Numbered from the stretch's first letter, positions 1 through 9,612 are shown. The stretch: 32,000 nt of DNA from Candidatus Saccharimonadota bacterium (GCF_025021925.1 NZ_CP092368.1:300001-332000); one strand, 5' to 3'. Numbers and translations are program-made. Notes: a model not told the origin generated them from the letters alone.

Positions 1-419
1 TAGGATGGCAAGAAAAAAAAGAACAGTATCTCAAAATAGGAGATAGTATTATGATAAATAAATTTAGAGTAACATTAAGGAATGTTGAGTATATACAAGA
101 AAAACATTATCATGGTATTAGAGGGATATTTGATATTAAAGATTTATTAAATCACAAGATATTAGGTTATGTGACACCTGAATATAGAATCTATCTTGTA
201 GAAGGTAAGAAAAATCTTGAAAGTAGCATTTATCATAATATTATGTATGATATTTATGTCGTTATTGGAGAGATTGATCATACTAGAAATAAAATAGCAT
301 CTAAAGTATATTATAAACCAGGTATGTCTATAATATGGTGTGGCACTGCTATGATTACTTGTGGGTATTTAATTGTTACTTTTTTACCATTCAAGACACA
401 CTATAGGATAAAAACTTAA
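1..419 (+). CDS. ccmF: Cytochrome c-type biogenesis protein CcmF, C-terminal end (5'-truncated by window edge)
   Basis: Frame 3 is open from nt 3 to the TAA at 417-419, with no stop upstream of the ATG at 51, so the CDS enters from the left edge. The translation (EYRIYLVEG...DIYVVIGE...KVYYKPGMSIIWCGTAMITCGYLIV) follows the CcmF C-terminal pattern as I recall it from E. coli (ERFYPV...DLYVALGEP...VKPFVRWIWLGGLLMALGG). Confidence 0.7.
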   Translation, partial: GWQEKKEQYLKIGDSIMINKFRVTLRNVEYIQEKHYHGIRGIFDIKDLLNHKILGYVTPEYRIYLVEGKKNLESSIYHNIMYDIYVVIGEIDHTRNKIASKVYYKPGMSIIWCGTAMITCGYLIVTFLPFKTHYRIKT

Positions 420-483
420 TGAGAGAATATATCAATAAATCTTTTTAAAAAATACAATAGATAATTGTTCTATTGAGAATAAT

Positions 484-1347
484 ATGTTATTGAGATTAAA
501 ACTAGACAATCTAAATATTAAATTTAGTCAATATAAAAATATAGCTGTATTATTTAGCTCTCTGATGACTATCATGACATTGATATACTTGATATTACAA
601 GGTATAATTTTAGGTATAGAATTAACAGGTGGTATTGTAATAGAGATACAGTCATCAGATAAGAATCAAGAAATTCTTGATATATTAACGGAAAATGGAT
701 TAAAAGTACGTAGCACGCAATCAAATAATAATTTTAGTATATATTTTGCAAATACGGGACAAGAGAATAAAATTACAGAGATCAAAACTCTTTTAGAAGA
801 ATCACTAGATGATGCAATAGATTATCGTAAAATAGATTGTATTGGTCCTCAAGTAGGCAAACAGCAGTTTGCTATAGGATTAAAAGCAATCTTAGCTGCA
901 ATGATCGGAATATTTCTATATCTCTGGTTAAGATTTAATTGGAAATTTGGACTCGGAAGTATAATAGCACTTATACATGATATCTTACTATCTCTTGGTT
1001 TTATGAGTATTACTTTAATTGAATTAAACATTGCCTCGATTTCTGCATTACTGACTATTATTGGCTATTCAGTCAATAATTCAGTTGTAATATATGATAG
1101 GATACGTGAATACACTAGAATCAATCAAGATGGTAATATAGATGATCAAGTAGTAGATACAAGCATCAATACAACACTCACACGCACTATCTTTACTTCT
1201 GGTACAACTGTCATGTCTATACTTCCTTTATCATTAATGTGTACAGGTCCAGTAAGAGATTTTAGCCTAATTCTTATATTTGGTGTTTTGATTGGTGCTT
1301 ATTCTTCAATTTTTATATCTACTAATGTTATCACCCATATTCTGTAA
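484..1347 (+). CDS. secF: Protein-export membrane protein SecF
   Basis: 287-aa ORF. It has an N-terminal TM segment followed by GIELTGG, a periplasmic loop, then the multi-TM SecD/F core (IGPQVG..., LIHDILLSLGFMS, IGYSVNNSVVIYDRIRE, RTIFTSGTT), which is typical of SecF. Confidence 0.85.
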   Translation: MLLRLKLDNLNIKFSQYKNIAVLFSSLMTIMTLIYLILQGIILGIELTGGIVIEIQSSDKNQEILDILTENGLKVRSTQSNNNFSIYFANTGQENKITEIKTLLEESLDDAIDYRKIDCIGPQVGKQQFAIGLKAILAAMIGIFLYLWLRFNWKFGLGSIIALIHDILLSLGFMSITLIELNIASISALLTIIGYSVNNSVVIYDRIREYTRINQDGNIDDQVVDTSINTTLTRTIFTSGTTVMSILPLSLMCTGPVRDFSLILIFGVLIGAYSSIFISTNVITHIL

Positions 1348-1505
1348 TAAATGAAAATCATCATTTTAATATGAATACAATATAGTAATCAAATATATTA
1401 TATCAAGTGAAATTGCTGAAGTGTTGAAGAATCACAAGTATCTTATTGTTTTAATACAATATTTAAGATATCCTTCATTCTGAGCGATATTAAGATTAAT
1501 TGTAT

Positions 1506-3239
1506 ATGTCAGAAGTCAAGAACCTCATTTTGGCAGTAATCTTTTCTATTTTAATAGTTTTATGTTGGCATATCATTTACAATCACATTCTTAATAAAGA
1601 CAAGAATAGTCTGTCTCTTGAGCCATATATTCAGCAAGTTGATTCTTATAATGATATTCCTAGTATAATAGAACAGAAACGTTCTGATATTATTCAATCG
1701 ACTATAGAACATAGGGCAAAATTTATGAATGATGTGGTTAAAGGTTCAATTTATCTCAAAGGTGCAAAATTCGACGACTTAGTGTTATCACATTATCATG
1801 TAGATTCTAATCTATCTTCTACACAGGTAGAATTACTGTCTCCTGAAAAATCACAAGATGTATATTTCGCTGAATTTGGATGGATATCTCCAACTGGAAT
1901 AATCATAGTACCAGATGCTAATTCAGAATGGCAGGTTGAACAACTTACTCTAACTGATCGTATGATACATTTATTTTGGGATAATAATAACGGCCTTATA
2001 TTTAAAATGCATATTTATCTAGATGATAATTATATGTTCAAAATTGAACAGATAGTGGAAAATAATACACAGGATAAAGTGAAATTAATACCCTATGGGA
2101 GAATTTATCGTAAACGTGATGGTATTAATGATTCTTATTGGATTTCTCATGAAGGAGTATTAGGAGCATTTGAAAATAAATTAGAAGAATGGACGTATAA
2201 AGATATTACCAAAAAACATTTAATAAAAGTTAGTTCTAGTGCAAAACAGTGGTTTGGATTTGCTGATAAATATTGGCTGACAGCTATCATTCCAGAACAT
2301 GCTGATTTACTCAATGTTAGCGTGAAACATACTAATATTCATAATATCAATAAATTTCAGACGGATTTTATTCGAGTAAATCCAGAAGAAGTATTGCCTG
2401 GTAAAAATATTTCTTATATAAATCATTTTTTTGCAGGTGCAAAAAAATTAAAATTGCTAGATTTATATAAAGTGAATCTTCAAATACCTTTATTTGATAA
2501 AGCTGTAGATTTTGGTGTGCTTTACTTTATCACTAAACCAGTTTTTTTATTACTTGAATATTTCAATTATCTCTTAAAAAATTTTGGTTTAGCAATATTA
2601 CTTTTAACATTTGTGATTAAGATTATGATGTTGCCTCTCTCTAATAGATCATATATTTCGCTATTTAAAATGAGACTGCTACAACCTGAATTAACTAGAA
2701 TAAAAGAAGGCTATAAAGGAAATAATCTCAAGCAACATAAGGAAATAATGGCTTTATATAGAAAAAATAATATCAACCCTCTCTCAAGTATTTTTCCTAT
2801 GCTCATACAAATACCAGTATTCTTTTCTTTATATAAAGTCTTATTTATCACTATAGAAATGAGACATGCACCTTTCATTTTATGGATTCAGGATCTTTCT
2901 GCTCCAGATCCAACCAATATTTTTACATTTTTTGGATTACTAAATTATACTCCTCCTATTTCTATAGGTATATTACCTATAGTATTTGGCTTAACAATGA
3001 TCATTCAACAAAAAATGAGTGCACAAGAAAACATTGCTATAGACGATATACAAGTAAACATTCTCAAATTCTTACCTTATATTTCTATCTTTATTTTTTC
3101 TTCCTTTCCTGCAGGTTTAGTAATATATTGGATATTTAGTAATATTATTACTTTAATTCAACAATCATTAATACAGTTTTTTTACAGAGAACAAACGACA
3201 ACAAAATCTACAGAGAAAAATCACACACTGCTTTCTTAG
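1506..3239 (+). CDS. yidC: Membrane protein insertase YidC
   Basis: Long ORF with an N-terminal TM segment, a large periplasmic domain and the conserved C-terminal 60-kDa insertase core ([86 protein letters not shown]). The ATG at 1506 is preferred; the TTG at 1500 is the ORF-track alternative. Confidence 0.9.
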   Translation: MSEVKNLILAVIFSILIVLCWHIIYNHILNKDKNSLSLEPYIQQVDSYNDIPSIIEQKRSDIIQSTIEHRAKFMNDVVKGSIYLKGAKFDDLVLSHYHVDSNLSSTQVELLSPEKSQDVYFAEFGWISPTGIIIVPDANSEWQVEQLTLTDRMIHLFWDNNNGLIFKMHIYLDDNYMFKIEQIVENNTQDKVKLIPYGRIYRKRDGINDSYWISHEGVLGAFENKLEEWTYKDITKKHLIKVSSSAKQWFGFADKYWLTAIIPEHADLLNVSVKHTNIHNINKFQTDFIRVNPEEVLPGKNISYINHFFAGAKKLKLLDLYKVNLQIPLFDKAVDFGVLYFITKPVFLLLEYFNYLLKNFGLAILLLTFVIKIMMLPLSNRSYISLFKMRLLQPELTRIKEGYKGNNLKQHKEIMALYRKNNINPLSSIFPMLIQIPVFFSLYKVLFITIEMRHAPFILWIQDLSAPDPTNIFTFFGLLNYTPPISIGILPIVFGLTMIIQQKMSAQENIAIDDIQVNILKFLPYISIFIFSSFPAGLVIYWIFSNIITLIQQSLIQFFYREQTTTKSTEKNHTLLS

Positions 3240-3325
3240 AGACTCAGTTAAAGAAAAAAATAAAAATTATATATGCATATATATACTCTCTTATATTCTA
3301 TAAATTGGTGATATAATAATTTAAG

Positions 3326-3775
3326 ATGATAAATGACAGATATATAAAGAAACATTTTCATGTAATGAAAAGTATTGCAAGATTTATTGCGGTACAAGTG
3401 ACCTATTCAAATCTTTTTATAGATCATGATAATAATACTATTAGAGAGTTATTAGAAATTTTTGAATACGAAAAATGTGATTTTAAATTCTTAGATAGTT
3501 TGATATTAAATATAACTAAAAGTGTTCAAGAATATGATAAATTAATAGAATCTTCTTTACATAATAGTTGGTCGTTATCTAGATTAAATCTTATTAGTTT
3601 ATCTATTCTGCGTGTTGCAATTTGTGAGTTAATGACATGTAATACACCAATTCCAGTTGTCATTAATGAATATACTGATATAGCATCTGAAATACTTGAG
3701 AAATCAAGCGAAATCGGTTTTATTAATGGTAGCTTAGAGAATATTAAAAATAAAATAAATGAACATTACAAGTAA
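3326..3775 (+). CDS. nusB: Transcription antitermination factor NusB
   Basis: The 149-aa ORF contains [15 protein letters not shown] (compare NusB ARR.AVQALY) and a C-terminal ILRVAICEL...P..VVINEY..IA motif. The true start may be the internal ATG at 3365 (MKSIAR...), which matches the usual NusB N-terminus better. Confidence 0.75.
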   Translation: MINDRYIKKHFHVMKSIARFIAVQVTYSNLFIDHDNNTIRELLEIFEYEKCDFKFLDSLILNITKSVQEYDKLIESSLHNSWSLSRLNLISLSILRVAICELMTCNTPIPVVINEYTDIASEILEKSSEIGFINGSLENIKNKINEHYK

Positions 3776-3834
3776 TATATTGATAGAAATACGAAGATCA
3801 TGACAAATAAAAATAAAAGTCATGTTATATTATA

Positions 3835-3892
3835 TATAGAATATAAAAAAAGCTCTTTTATATTCTATAAGATGCATGATAGAATATAAAAA
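3835..3892. repeat. X-X'-X repeat: 14-bp perfect inverted repeat plus a third direct copy, in the nusB-infA spacer
   Basis: 3835-3848 tatagaatataaaa and 3856-3869 ttttatattctata are exact reverse complements separated by the 7-nt spacer aaagctc. atagaatataaaaa recurs as a direct copy at 3879-3892 (identical to 3836-3849). Confidence 0.85.
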
Positions 3893-3921
3893 GAAAAATG
3901 GAGTGCAATTGTGCATGTAGT

Positions 3922-4185
3922 ATGATTAAAGATGAAAAATCAAAAACAATTTTTGAACTCACAGGCATAGTAGATGCTTTATTGCCTGCAGCAGAATTTA
4001 AAGTAAAGTTAGATAATGAACATGAAATAATTTGTCATGTATCTGGTAAAGTCAGAAGGAGTAAGATACGAATTATTATAGGGGATAGAGTATTAGTAGA
4101 AATTAGTATCTATGATCGCAATGCAAAAAAAGGTCGAATTATTAGAAGACTTAAAGGTACAAGTGAAAGAACAATATCTAGATAA
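3922..4185 (+). CDS. infA: Translation initiation factor IF-1
   Basis: S1-like IF-1 core: FELTGIVDALLPAAEFKVKLDNEHEIICHVSGKVRRSKIRIIIGDRVLVEISIYD..KGRIIRRL. The ATG at 3922 (MIKDEK) is preferred over the upstream in-frame ATG at 3898. Relative to E. coli IF-1 there is a C-terminal extension of about 10 aa. Confidence 0.9.
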   Translation: MIKDEKSKTIFELTGIVDALLPAAEFKVKLDNEHEIICHVSGKVRRSKIRIIIGDRVLVEISIYDRNAKKGRIIRRLKGTSERTISR

Positions 4186-4780
4186 TCTCATTCTCACTAC
4201 ATCATCAGGACGACAATGTATTATAGATTCATTAAAAAAAATCAATATTATCCCTGGTTTAGTATTATCAGTCGATATAGATACTATACCTGTAAAAGGA
4301 GAACTTCCACAAGAATTCTCAATGCGTATGGCATATAGTAAATCTCATAAGATACATAGAGATATGCCAGATCATTTTGTCTTTGGAGTTGAGACTATCA
4401 TTGCTTGTGGAAGAAGAATATTAATCCAAGCTAAAGATATTATGCAAGCAGAACAATATCTTAGATTATTATCTGGGAGAAGACATAGAATCTATACTAG
4501 TATTTGTCTATTCACTCCTAAAAAATTAAAAAAACAGCATAATAAAACTGTGATGTCAATAGTAAAATTTAAACATCTCAGTGAACAAGAAATTCAGTTT
4601 TATTTGAATTCAGGAGAGTGGAAGAATATGATAGGTGGATACGATATCTATGGATTAGCTGGGATGTTTATATTATTTATACGTGGATCTTATTCTGCAA
4701 TCTCAGGCCTACCTTTACATGAAATTTACTATTTACTTAATAACTATTTTAATATTTTGTCTGTTAAATCATTAATTTAA
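4163..4780 (+). CDS. maf: Maf-like nucleoside triphosphate pyrophosphatase
   Basis: Maf family pattern: NLILTTSSGRQ (compare LILAS.SPRR), VLSVDIDT, GVETIIACGRRILIQAKD, SGRRHRIYTSICL, GGYDIYGLAGMFI..IRGSYSAISGLPLHE. The start is uncertain. The ORF is open from the ATG at 4112 (with another ATG at 4121); the in-frame GTG at 4163 gives the usual short N-terminus and a 23-nt overlap with infA. Confidence 0.75.
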   Translation: MKEQYLDNLILTTSSGRQCIIDSLKKINIIPGLVLSVDIDTIPVKGELPQEFSMRMAYSKSHKIHRDMPDHFVFGVETIIACGRRILIQAKDIMQAEQYLRLLSGRRHRIYTSICLFTPKKLKKQHNKTVMSIVKFKHLSEQEIQFYLNSGEWKNMIGGYDIYGLAGMFILFIRGSYSAISGLPLHEIYYLLNNYFNILSVKSLI

Positions 4781-4890
4781 AGTGTGATTTTTATATCATT
4801 CTGTACAAGATATTTTTTTTATTATGTAAATTATTATAATGAAGAGCAAATCATTTTATATTGCAAGATATATAATTCAATAGATAATAT

Positions 4891-6228
4891 TTATTTTTTC
4901 CGTAATTTTAAATATCTATTACTGATATAAAACATCTCTGGATTTTTATAAGTTAATTTTAAAACTGCTAATATATTAATTAATAATAAAGCAGAAATTA
5001 AAATATCAGCAATATCCCATAGTAATTGAATTTCACTAATTGAACCCAGAGGAATAACAATAGTAAATACTATAACCCATATTTTTATATATTTATCCTT
5101 TGTAGAAATGTAATGTATGATTTGTTTTGAGCAAGCAAACCAAGTAAAAATAGTAGTAAAAGCAAAGCAGAACATTATTAACATAATGCAATAACTAATA
5201 TAAGACCAATTGATTGCTTGTTGAAAGGCAAAAATACACATATTAGTACTTTCTAAATCAGTTTGCCAAGCATCTGTAACAAGGAGGACCATTGTCGTAA
5301 TAAAAGCAATAAATGCTACTATCACAGGTGATATAATAGTAATCAAACTCTGTACAATAATAAACTTATTATTTGCTTTTTTAGGAATAATTGAAGAATG
5401 AATAATGCCTTCAAGTCCTAATCCTATATCTGTTGCAAAAATTCCTCGTAAAGTACCTACTTGTATTAATGTGCACAATTCTAGTAAAGCTCCAAAAGAT
5501 AATCCTAAATGTATACTCTTAGTAGTAAAAAAATGACTTATTATTAATTCTAGAGATGGTATAATATTTGCATGAAACTTAAATAATACAATTCCACATA
5601 ACACTAGATAGCTTATTACCATGACAGGAATCGTAGTAGAGATCAAGGTATTAATTTTTTTAAAATCTAATACTATAATAGAAGAGAAGAGAATACTCAT
5701 GGTTATCCCTCCAATAATTACTGGTATCTGTATCATTTTTAAGGGAATTGATAATGAATTGATTTGTACTAAATTACCTACAGTAAGTGCGGATAACATC
5801 ATAATTATTAAAAAAATGATTATTACTTTTTGAGAATTAAAAGCATGTGCTATGTAAGATATGGGCCCATATGTTACAGAAATATTATGATTATTTTTTA
5901 TATTCTTAATGCTTAAATAGCAGGTAGCATATTTAATAATAGAGGTAATAATAATTACGATGATCATCCATAAAATAAAACCAGGTCCTCCTGTTTTAAG
6001 CGCAATAGCAGTACCCGAGATATTTCCTACTCCTAAATTACCTCCTAAAATTGTCAATAAAGCAGCTATAGAAGAGAATTTATTCTCTATTCTTGTACAT
6101 ATTAGTAATGAAACCGCATAAGGAAATCTAAAGATTTGTAACCATTTTAGTTGAATGGATAAATAAAGACCAGTAATTAAAATAAGAAATACTGTTGGTA
6201 GTAGTAAAACAAATTTTACTATATCCAT
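4891..6228 (-). CDS. Sodium:alanine (amino acid carrier, AGCS family) symporter
   Basis: 445-aa polytopic membrane ORF with AGCS signatures (SSIAALLTILGGNLGVGNISGTAIALKTGGPGFILWM, ATDIGLGLEGIIHS). Confidence 0.8.
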   Translation of the reverse strand: MDIVKFVLLLPTVFLILITGLYLSIQLKWLQIFRFPYAVSLLICTRIENKFSSIAALLTILGGNLGVGNISGTAIALKTGGPGFILWMIIVIIITSIIKYATCYLSIKNIKNNHNISVTYGPISYIAHAFNSQKVIIIFLIIMMLSALTVGNLVQINSLSIPLKMIQIPVIIGGITMSILFSSIIVLDFKKINTLISTTIPVMVISYLVLCGIVLFKFHANIIPSLELIISHFFTTKSIHLGLSFGALLELCTLIQVGTLRGIFATDIGLGLEGIIHSSIIPKKANNKFIIVQSLITIISPVIVAFIAFITTMVLLVTDAWQTDLESTNMCIFAFQQAINWSYISYCIMLIMFCFAFTTIFTWFACSKQIIHYISTKDKYIKIWVIVFTIVIPLGSISEIQLLWDIADILISALLLINILAVLKLTYKNPEMFYISNRYLKLRKK

Positions 6229-6483
6229 TTTTCTACTTTGAGATGAAATCTATCATTCATTATACATATAAGGCGATAAATACATAATCTTAATTATACA
6301 GATATCAAATCAAAAGATATTTTTTAGTGATATGAGTATTCTCAAATCTACATCTTAATATGTTGAATACAACTGATCATGTAGCAGATCAAGAAATGAG
6401 TAATAAATAGACACAATATATTATGCTTTAATAAAGAAAGCTTAGACATTAAGTCTTGGATATTTAATAACCCGAAAGAATAT

Positions 6484-6508
6484 GGAGCAAGTATTTCATA
6501 CTTGCTCC
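6484..6508 (-). terminator. Candidate groESL terminator hairpin
   Basis: Perfect 11-bp stem (ggagcaagtat / atacttgctcc) with a 3-nt loop, 55 nt downstream of the groEL stop. On the minus-strand RNA the stem is followed by AUAUUCUUUCGGGUU, a moderate U tract, and preceded by U7. Confidence 0.4.
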
Positions 6509-6562
6509 AAAAAAATAGATAAAGATATGGAAAAAATTAATTAGAAATTATATCATTTCCTT

Positions 6563-8218
6563 TTAATATCCACCCATTCCTCCCATGCCACCGCCGGCTC
6601 CCATAGGAGAAGAGACATTCTCATCTTTAGTTGGTAAATCAACAATCATTGCTTCAGTGGTGATGAGAACACTTGCAACAGATATAGCTGTTTCGAAAGC
6701 AATACGCACTACTTTTGCTGGATCTATGACGCCTGCTGTAAACGCATTAGCATACTTCATAGCTTCAACATTATAGATAAGTTCTACATCATTTTGCTTT
6801 AATAAGTGCTCAATGATAACTGCAGATTCAAGACCAGCATTTTTTACTAAACTCTTGATAGGCGCACTAAGAACCTTCTTAATGATATTAATACCTATTT
6901 GTTCTTCTTCAGTTGCACCTTTAAGCTTATCAAGAATAGAAGATGCATATAATAGTGCAACTCCTCCACCTGGAACAATTCCCTCTTCAATAGCAGCTCT
7001 TGTTGCATGTAAAGCATCTTCAACTCTGTCTCTACGTTCTTTCACTTCCATTTCAGTTGCACCGCCAACTTTTAGTACAGCAACGCCTCCAGATAATTTA
7101 GCCAAACGCTCTCTTAGTTTTTCCTTATCATAATCAGAAGTTGAAGTATCAATTTGAGACTTAATTTGCTCAATTCTTGCTCTAACGCTTTCAGAATTAC
7201 TATTTTCACTAACAATTGTTGTATTATCTTTGTTGATTTTGACATTCTTAGCAGTACCAAGATCAGCAAGTGTAATATCTTCCATCTTGATGCCCAACTC
7301 ATCTTTTACAACATATTTAGCACCTGTTAAAGTTGCAATATCTTCAAGCATTTCTTTTCTTCTATCACCAAAGCCAGGAGCTTTGACTGCAGCCACTTTT
7401 AAACCGCCACGTAATTTATTAATAACTAAAGTACTTAATGTTTCACCTTCAATATCTTCTGCAATAATCAATAAAGGTCTACCAGATTTCATAACAGATT
7501 CAAGAAGTGGAAGTAATGGTTGAATAATGTTAAGCTTCTTTTCAGTAATTAATAGATAAGGATCATCAAGCTCTACAAGCATCTTCTCATTATTTGTAAT
7601 AAAATAAGGAGATAAATACCCTCTATCAAATTGCATTCCGGTTGTAAGCTCAACTTCAAGTTCTTTTGAGCCTTTACTTTCTTCTACAGTAATAACACCT
7701 TCCTTTCCTACTCGTTTAACAGAATCTGCTATACTATTACCTATATCTCTATCACCATTTGCAGAGATTATAGCTACTTGTGCAACTTCATCGATTTTAT
7801 CAAGTGAGATAGTGCGAGAAATTGATGCAATCTCTCTTAAAATGATTTCTTTTGCTTTTTGCATACCATTTTTAATACCAATACGTTCAGTACCAGCTGC
7901 AATCGATTTTGAAGCTTCTGTTATCATATTACTAGTAAGAATTGAGCATGTCGTTGTACCATCACCCACTTTGTCATTGCATTGTGAGCAACTTTGAGCG
8001 AATATGCTTGATATTGCACTATGTAATGGTTTTTCAGGTTTGATATTCTTCATCACCTTATAACCATCTTTTGTTATCTCTGGCGTACCATATGGTTTAC
8101 TAATAGCTACTGTTTTCCCTCTAGGACCTGCAGTGATTGCAACAGTTGAATCTACTAGTGCCGCAACTTCACGAAAACCTTCTTGTAACTGCTCACCTGA
8201 TACTACTATATTCGTCAT
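6563..8218 (-). CDS. groEL: Chaperonin GroEL (60 kDa)
   Basis: Unmistakable GroEL: [66 protein letters not shown], and a C-terminal GGMGGMGGY tail. The start is taken at [10 protein letters not shown] (ATG at 8218); the 16-codon upstream extension in the ORF track is not homologous. Confidence 0.97.
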   Translation of the reverse strand: MTNIVVSGEQLQEGFREVAALVDSTVAITAGPRGKTVAISKPYGTPEITKDGYKVMKNIKPEKPLHSAISSIFAQSCSQCNDKVGDGTTTCSILTSNMITEASKSIAAGTERIGIKNGMQKAKEIILREIASISRTISLDKIDEVAQVAIISANGDRDIGNSIADSVKRVGKEGVITVEESKGSKELEVELTTGMQFDRGYLSPYFITNNEKMLVELDDPYLLITEKKLNIIQPLLPLLESVMKSGRPLLIIAEDIEGETLSTLVINKLRGGLKVAAVKAPGFGDRRKEMLEDIATLTGAKYVVKDELGIKMEDITLADLGTAKNVKINKDNTTIVSENSNSESVRARIEQIKSQIDTSTSDYDKEKLRERLAKLSGGVAVLKVGGATEMEVKERRDRVEDALHATRAAIEEGIVPGGGVALLYASSILDKLKGATEEEQIGINIIKKVLSAPIKSLVKNAGLESAVIIEHLLKQNDVELIYNVEAMKYANAFTAGVIDPAKVVRIAFETAISVASVLITTEAMIVDLPTKDENVSSPMGAGGGMGGMGGY

Positions 8219-8314
8219 TTTATCACCTCTATAATTTGTTAATAATAAATCAAAACTACAATACAAACATCAACAACGCATTATGATAATGCTTTGTTAT
8301 AATTACAAAACTTG

Positions 8315-8605
8315 CTACTTAATAATAGCAAGGATATCGGACTCTTTCATAACAATTAATTTTTCATCATTGTGTTCTATTTCAGTACCAGCCCATTGAC
8401 GGTAAAATACCTTATCACCTACCTTAACAGTTAATGGTATAATTTGACCACTAGAGTTTCTAGCTCCTTGTCCAATGACCATAACCTCTCCTTTAATAGG
8501 TTTCTTTTCAGCAGTTGCTGGAAGCATAAGACCACCCTGTTTTTCCTCAGTGATAGACTTGATTAGAACACTATCATCTAGTAATCGTAAATTTATATTT
8601 GACAT
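8315..8605 (-). CDS. groES: Co-chaperonin GroES (10 kDa)
   Basis: 96-aa ORF directly upstream of groEL (96-nt spacer) with the GroES pattern [11 protein letters not shown]...GGLMLP..A.EKP.KGEV..IG.G......G....L.VKVGDKV.Y..W.GTE. Confidence 0.95.
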   Translation of the reverse strand: MSNINLRLLDDSVLIKSITEEKQGGLMLPATAEKKPIKGEVMVIGQGARNSSGQIIPLTVKVGDKVFYRQWAGTEIEHNDEKLIVMKESDILAIIK

Positions 8606-8635
8606 TTAATTACCTCGTCAATTAACTACAAAACA

Positions 8636-8664
8636 ATATATGCATTTGAATATGATACTTCAAG
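8636..8664 (-). promoter_or_regulatory. Candidate sigma32 (RpoH)-type heat-shock promoter for groES-groEL
   Basis: The minus strand reads cCTTGAAg-(spacer)-CATATAT. This is CTTG followed 18 nt later by CATATAT, compared with the alphaproteobacterial RpoH consensus CTTG-N17-18-CYTATNT (one mismatch). The -10 ends 30 nt upstream of the groES ATG, and a GAGG Shine-Dalgarno sequence lies between. This is a motif match only. Confidence 0.35.
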
Positions 8665-8671
8665 GGTACAT

Positions 8672-8707
8672 AGAGATAAAATGTTATGCAGAGATAAAAT
8701 GTTATGC
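8672..8707. repeat. Perfect 18-bp tandem duplication (agagataaaatgttatgc x2)
   Basis: 8672-8689 and 8690-8707 are identical and adjacent. They lie in the divergent groES / ygfZ-like spacer, immediately upstream of the putative groES -35. Confidence 0.95.
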
Positions 8708-8781
8708 TATGAATTTAAGAGAAATCTCTATATAATTATGCTATAGATAATTGAAAAAAAATTTTGTACTATATTCCATGT

Positions 8782-9612
8782 ATGAATAGGACTATAATAT
8801 CGATATATGGGCCTGATGTTATACACTTTCTGCAAAATATTATTACTAATGATATAAATCAGTTAAAAAGCAATAAGGCTATCTATGCCTTATTGCTTAC
8901 TCCTCAGGGTAAGTATTTATATGATTTTTTTCTTATTAAATATGATGAATTCATTTACCTGGAATGTGATAAGTTATATACCCAACAAATAATCGACAAA
9001 CTCAATATACTAAAAACATATTTAAGAGTGAAGCTACAAAGCATAGATGATCTAAAAATAGGCGTGCTACTTAATACATCATCAATCACTTGTATACAAC
9101 AAGATAAAAAAATCACTCAGAAAGAGACCATTAATAGCATTATTAAATCATGTAATACCTTAATTTCATTTCAAGATCCAAGACATCTATTATTAGGCAC
9201 GAGAATAATACATCGAAATGATATACAAGCTCCTATTGCAGAATATTCACAATATGAACAGATAAGAATCCAATATGTCATTCCAGAAGGAATAAAGGAT
9301 ATGATTCAAAATGAGTCATATCCTTTGCAATATCTAATTGATAAAATACATGGTATTAGCTTTAATAAGGGATGTTACATAGGTCAAGAGGTAGTACAAC
9401 GTATGAGTAGACAAGAAATATTGAGAAAAAAAATATATCCTATTCAAGCGAATAGTATCTTACCAAATTCTGGAACTAAAATATGCTCTTTTGCTAACGA
9501 AATAGTAGGAGAATTAAGATCTAGTATAGATAATATTGGACTTGCATTACTAGATACTAGCAAGTGCGATTCACATTTATATTGTGGTCCAGTACAAATA
9601 TACTTACGATGA
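8782..9612 (+). CDS. YgfZ/GcvT-family folate-binding protein (tRNA-modifying / Fe-S cluster repair YgfZ-like)
   Basis: N-terminus MNRTIISIYGPDVIHFLQNIITNDI...YALLLTPQGKYLYDFFL and the diagnostic C-terminal ISFNKGCYIGQEVVQR (KGCY.GQE) motif. The ATG at 8782 is preferred over the TTG at 8764. Confidence 0.75.
   Translation: MNRTIISIYGPDVIHFLQNIITNDINQLKSNKAIYALLLTPQGKYLYDFFLIKYDEFIYLECDKLYTQQIIDKLNILKTYLRVKLQSIDDLKIGVLLNTSSITCIQQDKKITQKETINSIIKSCNTLISFQDPRHLLLGTRIIHRNDIQAPIAEYSQYEQIRIQYVIPEGIKDMIQNESYPLQYLIDKIHGISFNKGCYIGQEVVQRMSRQEILRKKIYPIQANSILPNSGTKICSFANEIVGELRSSIDNIGLALLDTSKCDSHLYCGPVQIYLR

Noticed and set aside
6229-6483. Possible small RNA gene (tmRNA, RNase P, SRP or 6S RNA) in the 334-bp spacer; also considered for 9613-10121 and 16844-17161.
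   Set aside because: No conserved RNA signatures were seen (for example GGGGCTGA for tmRNA, or the GGAAG/GNAR SRP motifs). There is also no GC-rich island like the one that makes tRNA-Trp stand out. The sequence is nearly pure A/T with only trivial stems.
6563-6600. Local GC-rich patch (ccacccattcctcccatgccaccgccggctccc).
   Set aside because: It encodes the Gly-Gly-Met C-terminal tail of GroEL on the minus strand. It is not an RNA gene or a repeat element.
6585-7997. Five ORFs of 61-106 aa inside groEL: four on the opposite strand (6585-6776, 6813-7133, 7230-7523, 7812-7997) and one same-strand alternative frame (7114-7302).
   Set aside because: They lie entirely within the strongly supported groEL CDS. 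Their translations are low-complexity (S/A/P/I-rich) mirror images of GroEL codons with no recognisable motifs. They are shadow ORFs.
8219-8266. 16-codon N-terminal extension of groEL ([16 protein letters not shown]) from the ORF track.
   Set aside because: GroEL homology begins at [10 protein letters not shown] (ATG at 8218). The extension has no counterpart in chaperonins.
8606-8781. Possible CIRCE/HrcA operator upstream of groES.
   Set aside because: I searched both strands of the spacer for TTAGCACTC-N9-GAGTGCTAA-like inverted repeats and found none. The only repeat there is the direct 18-bp duplication.
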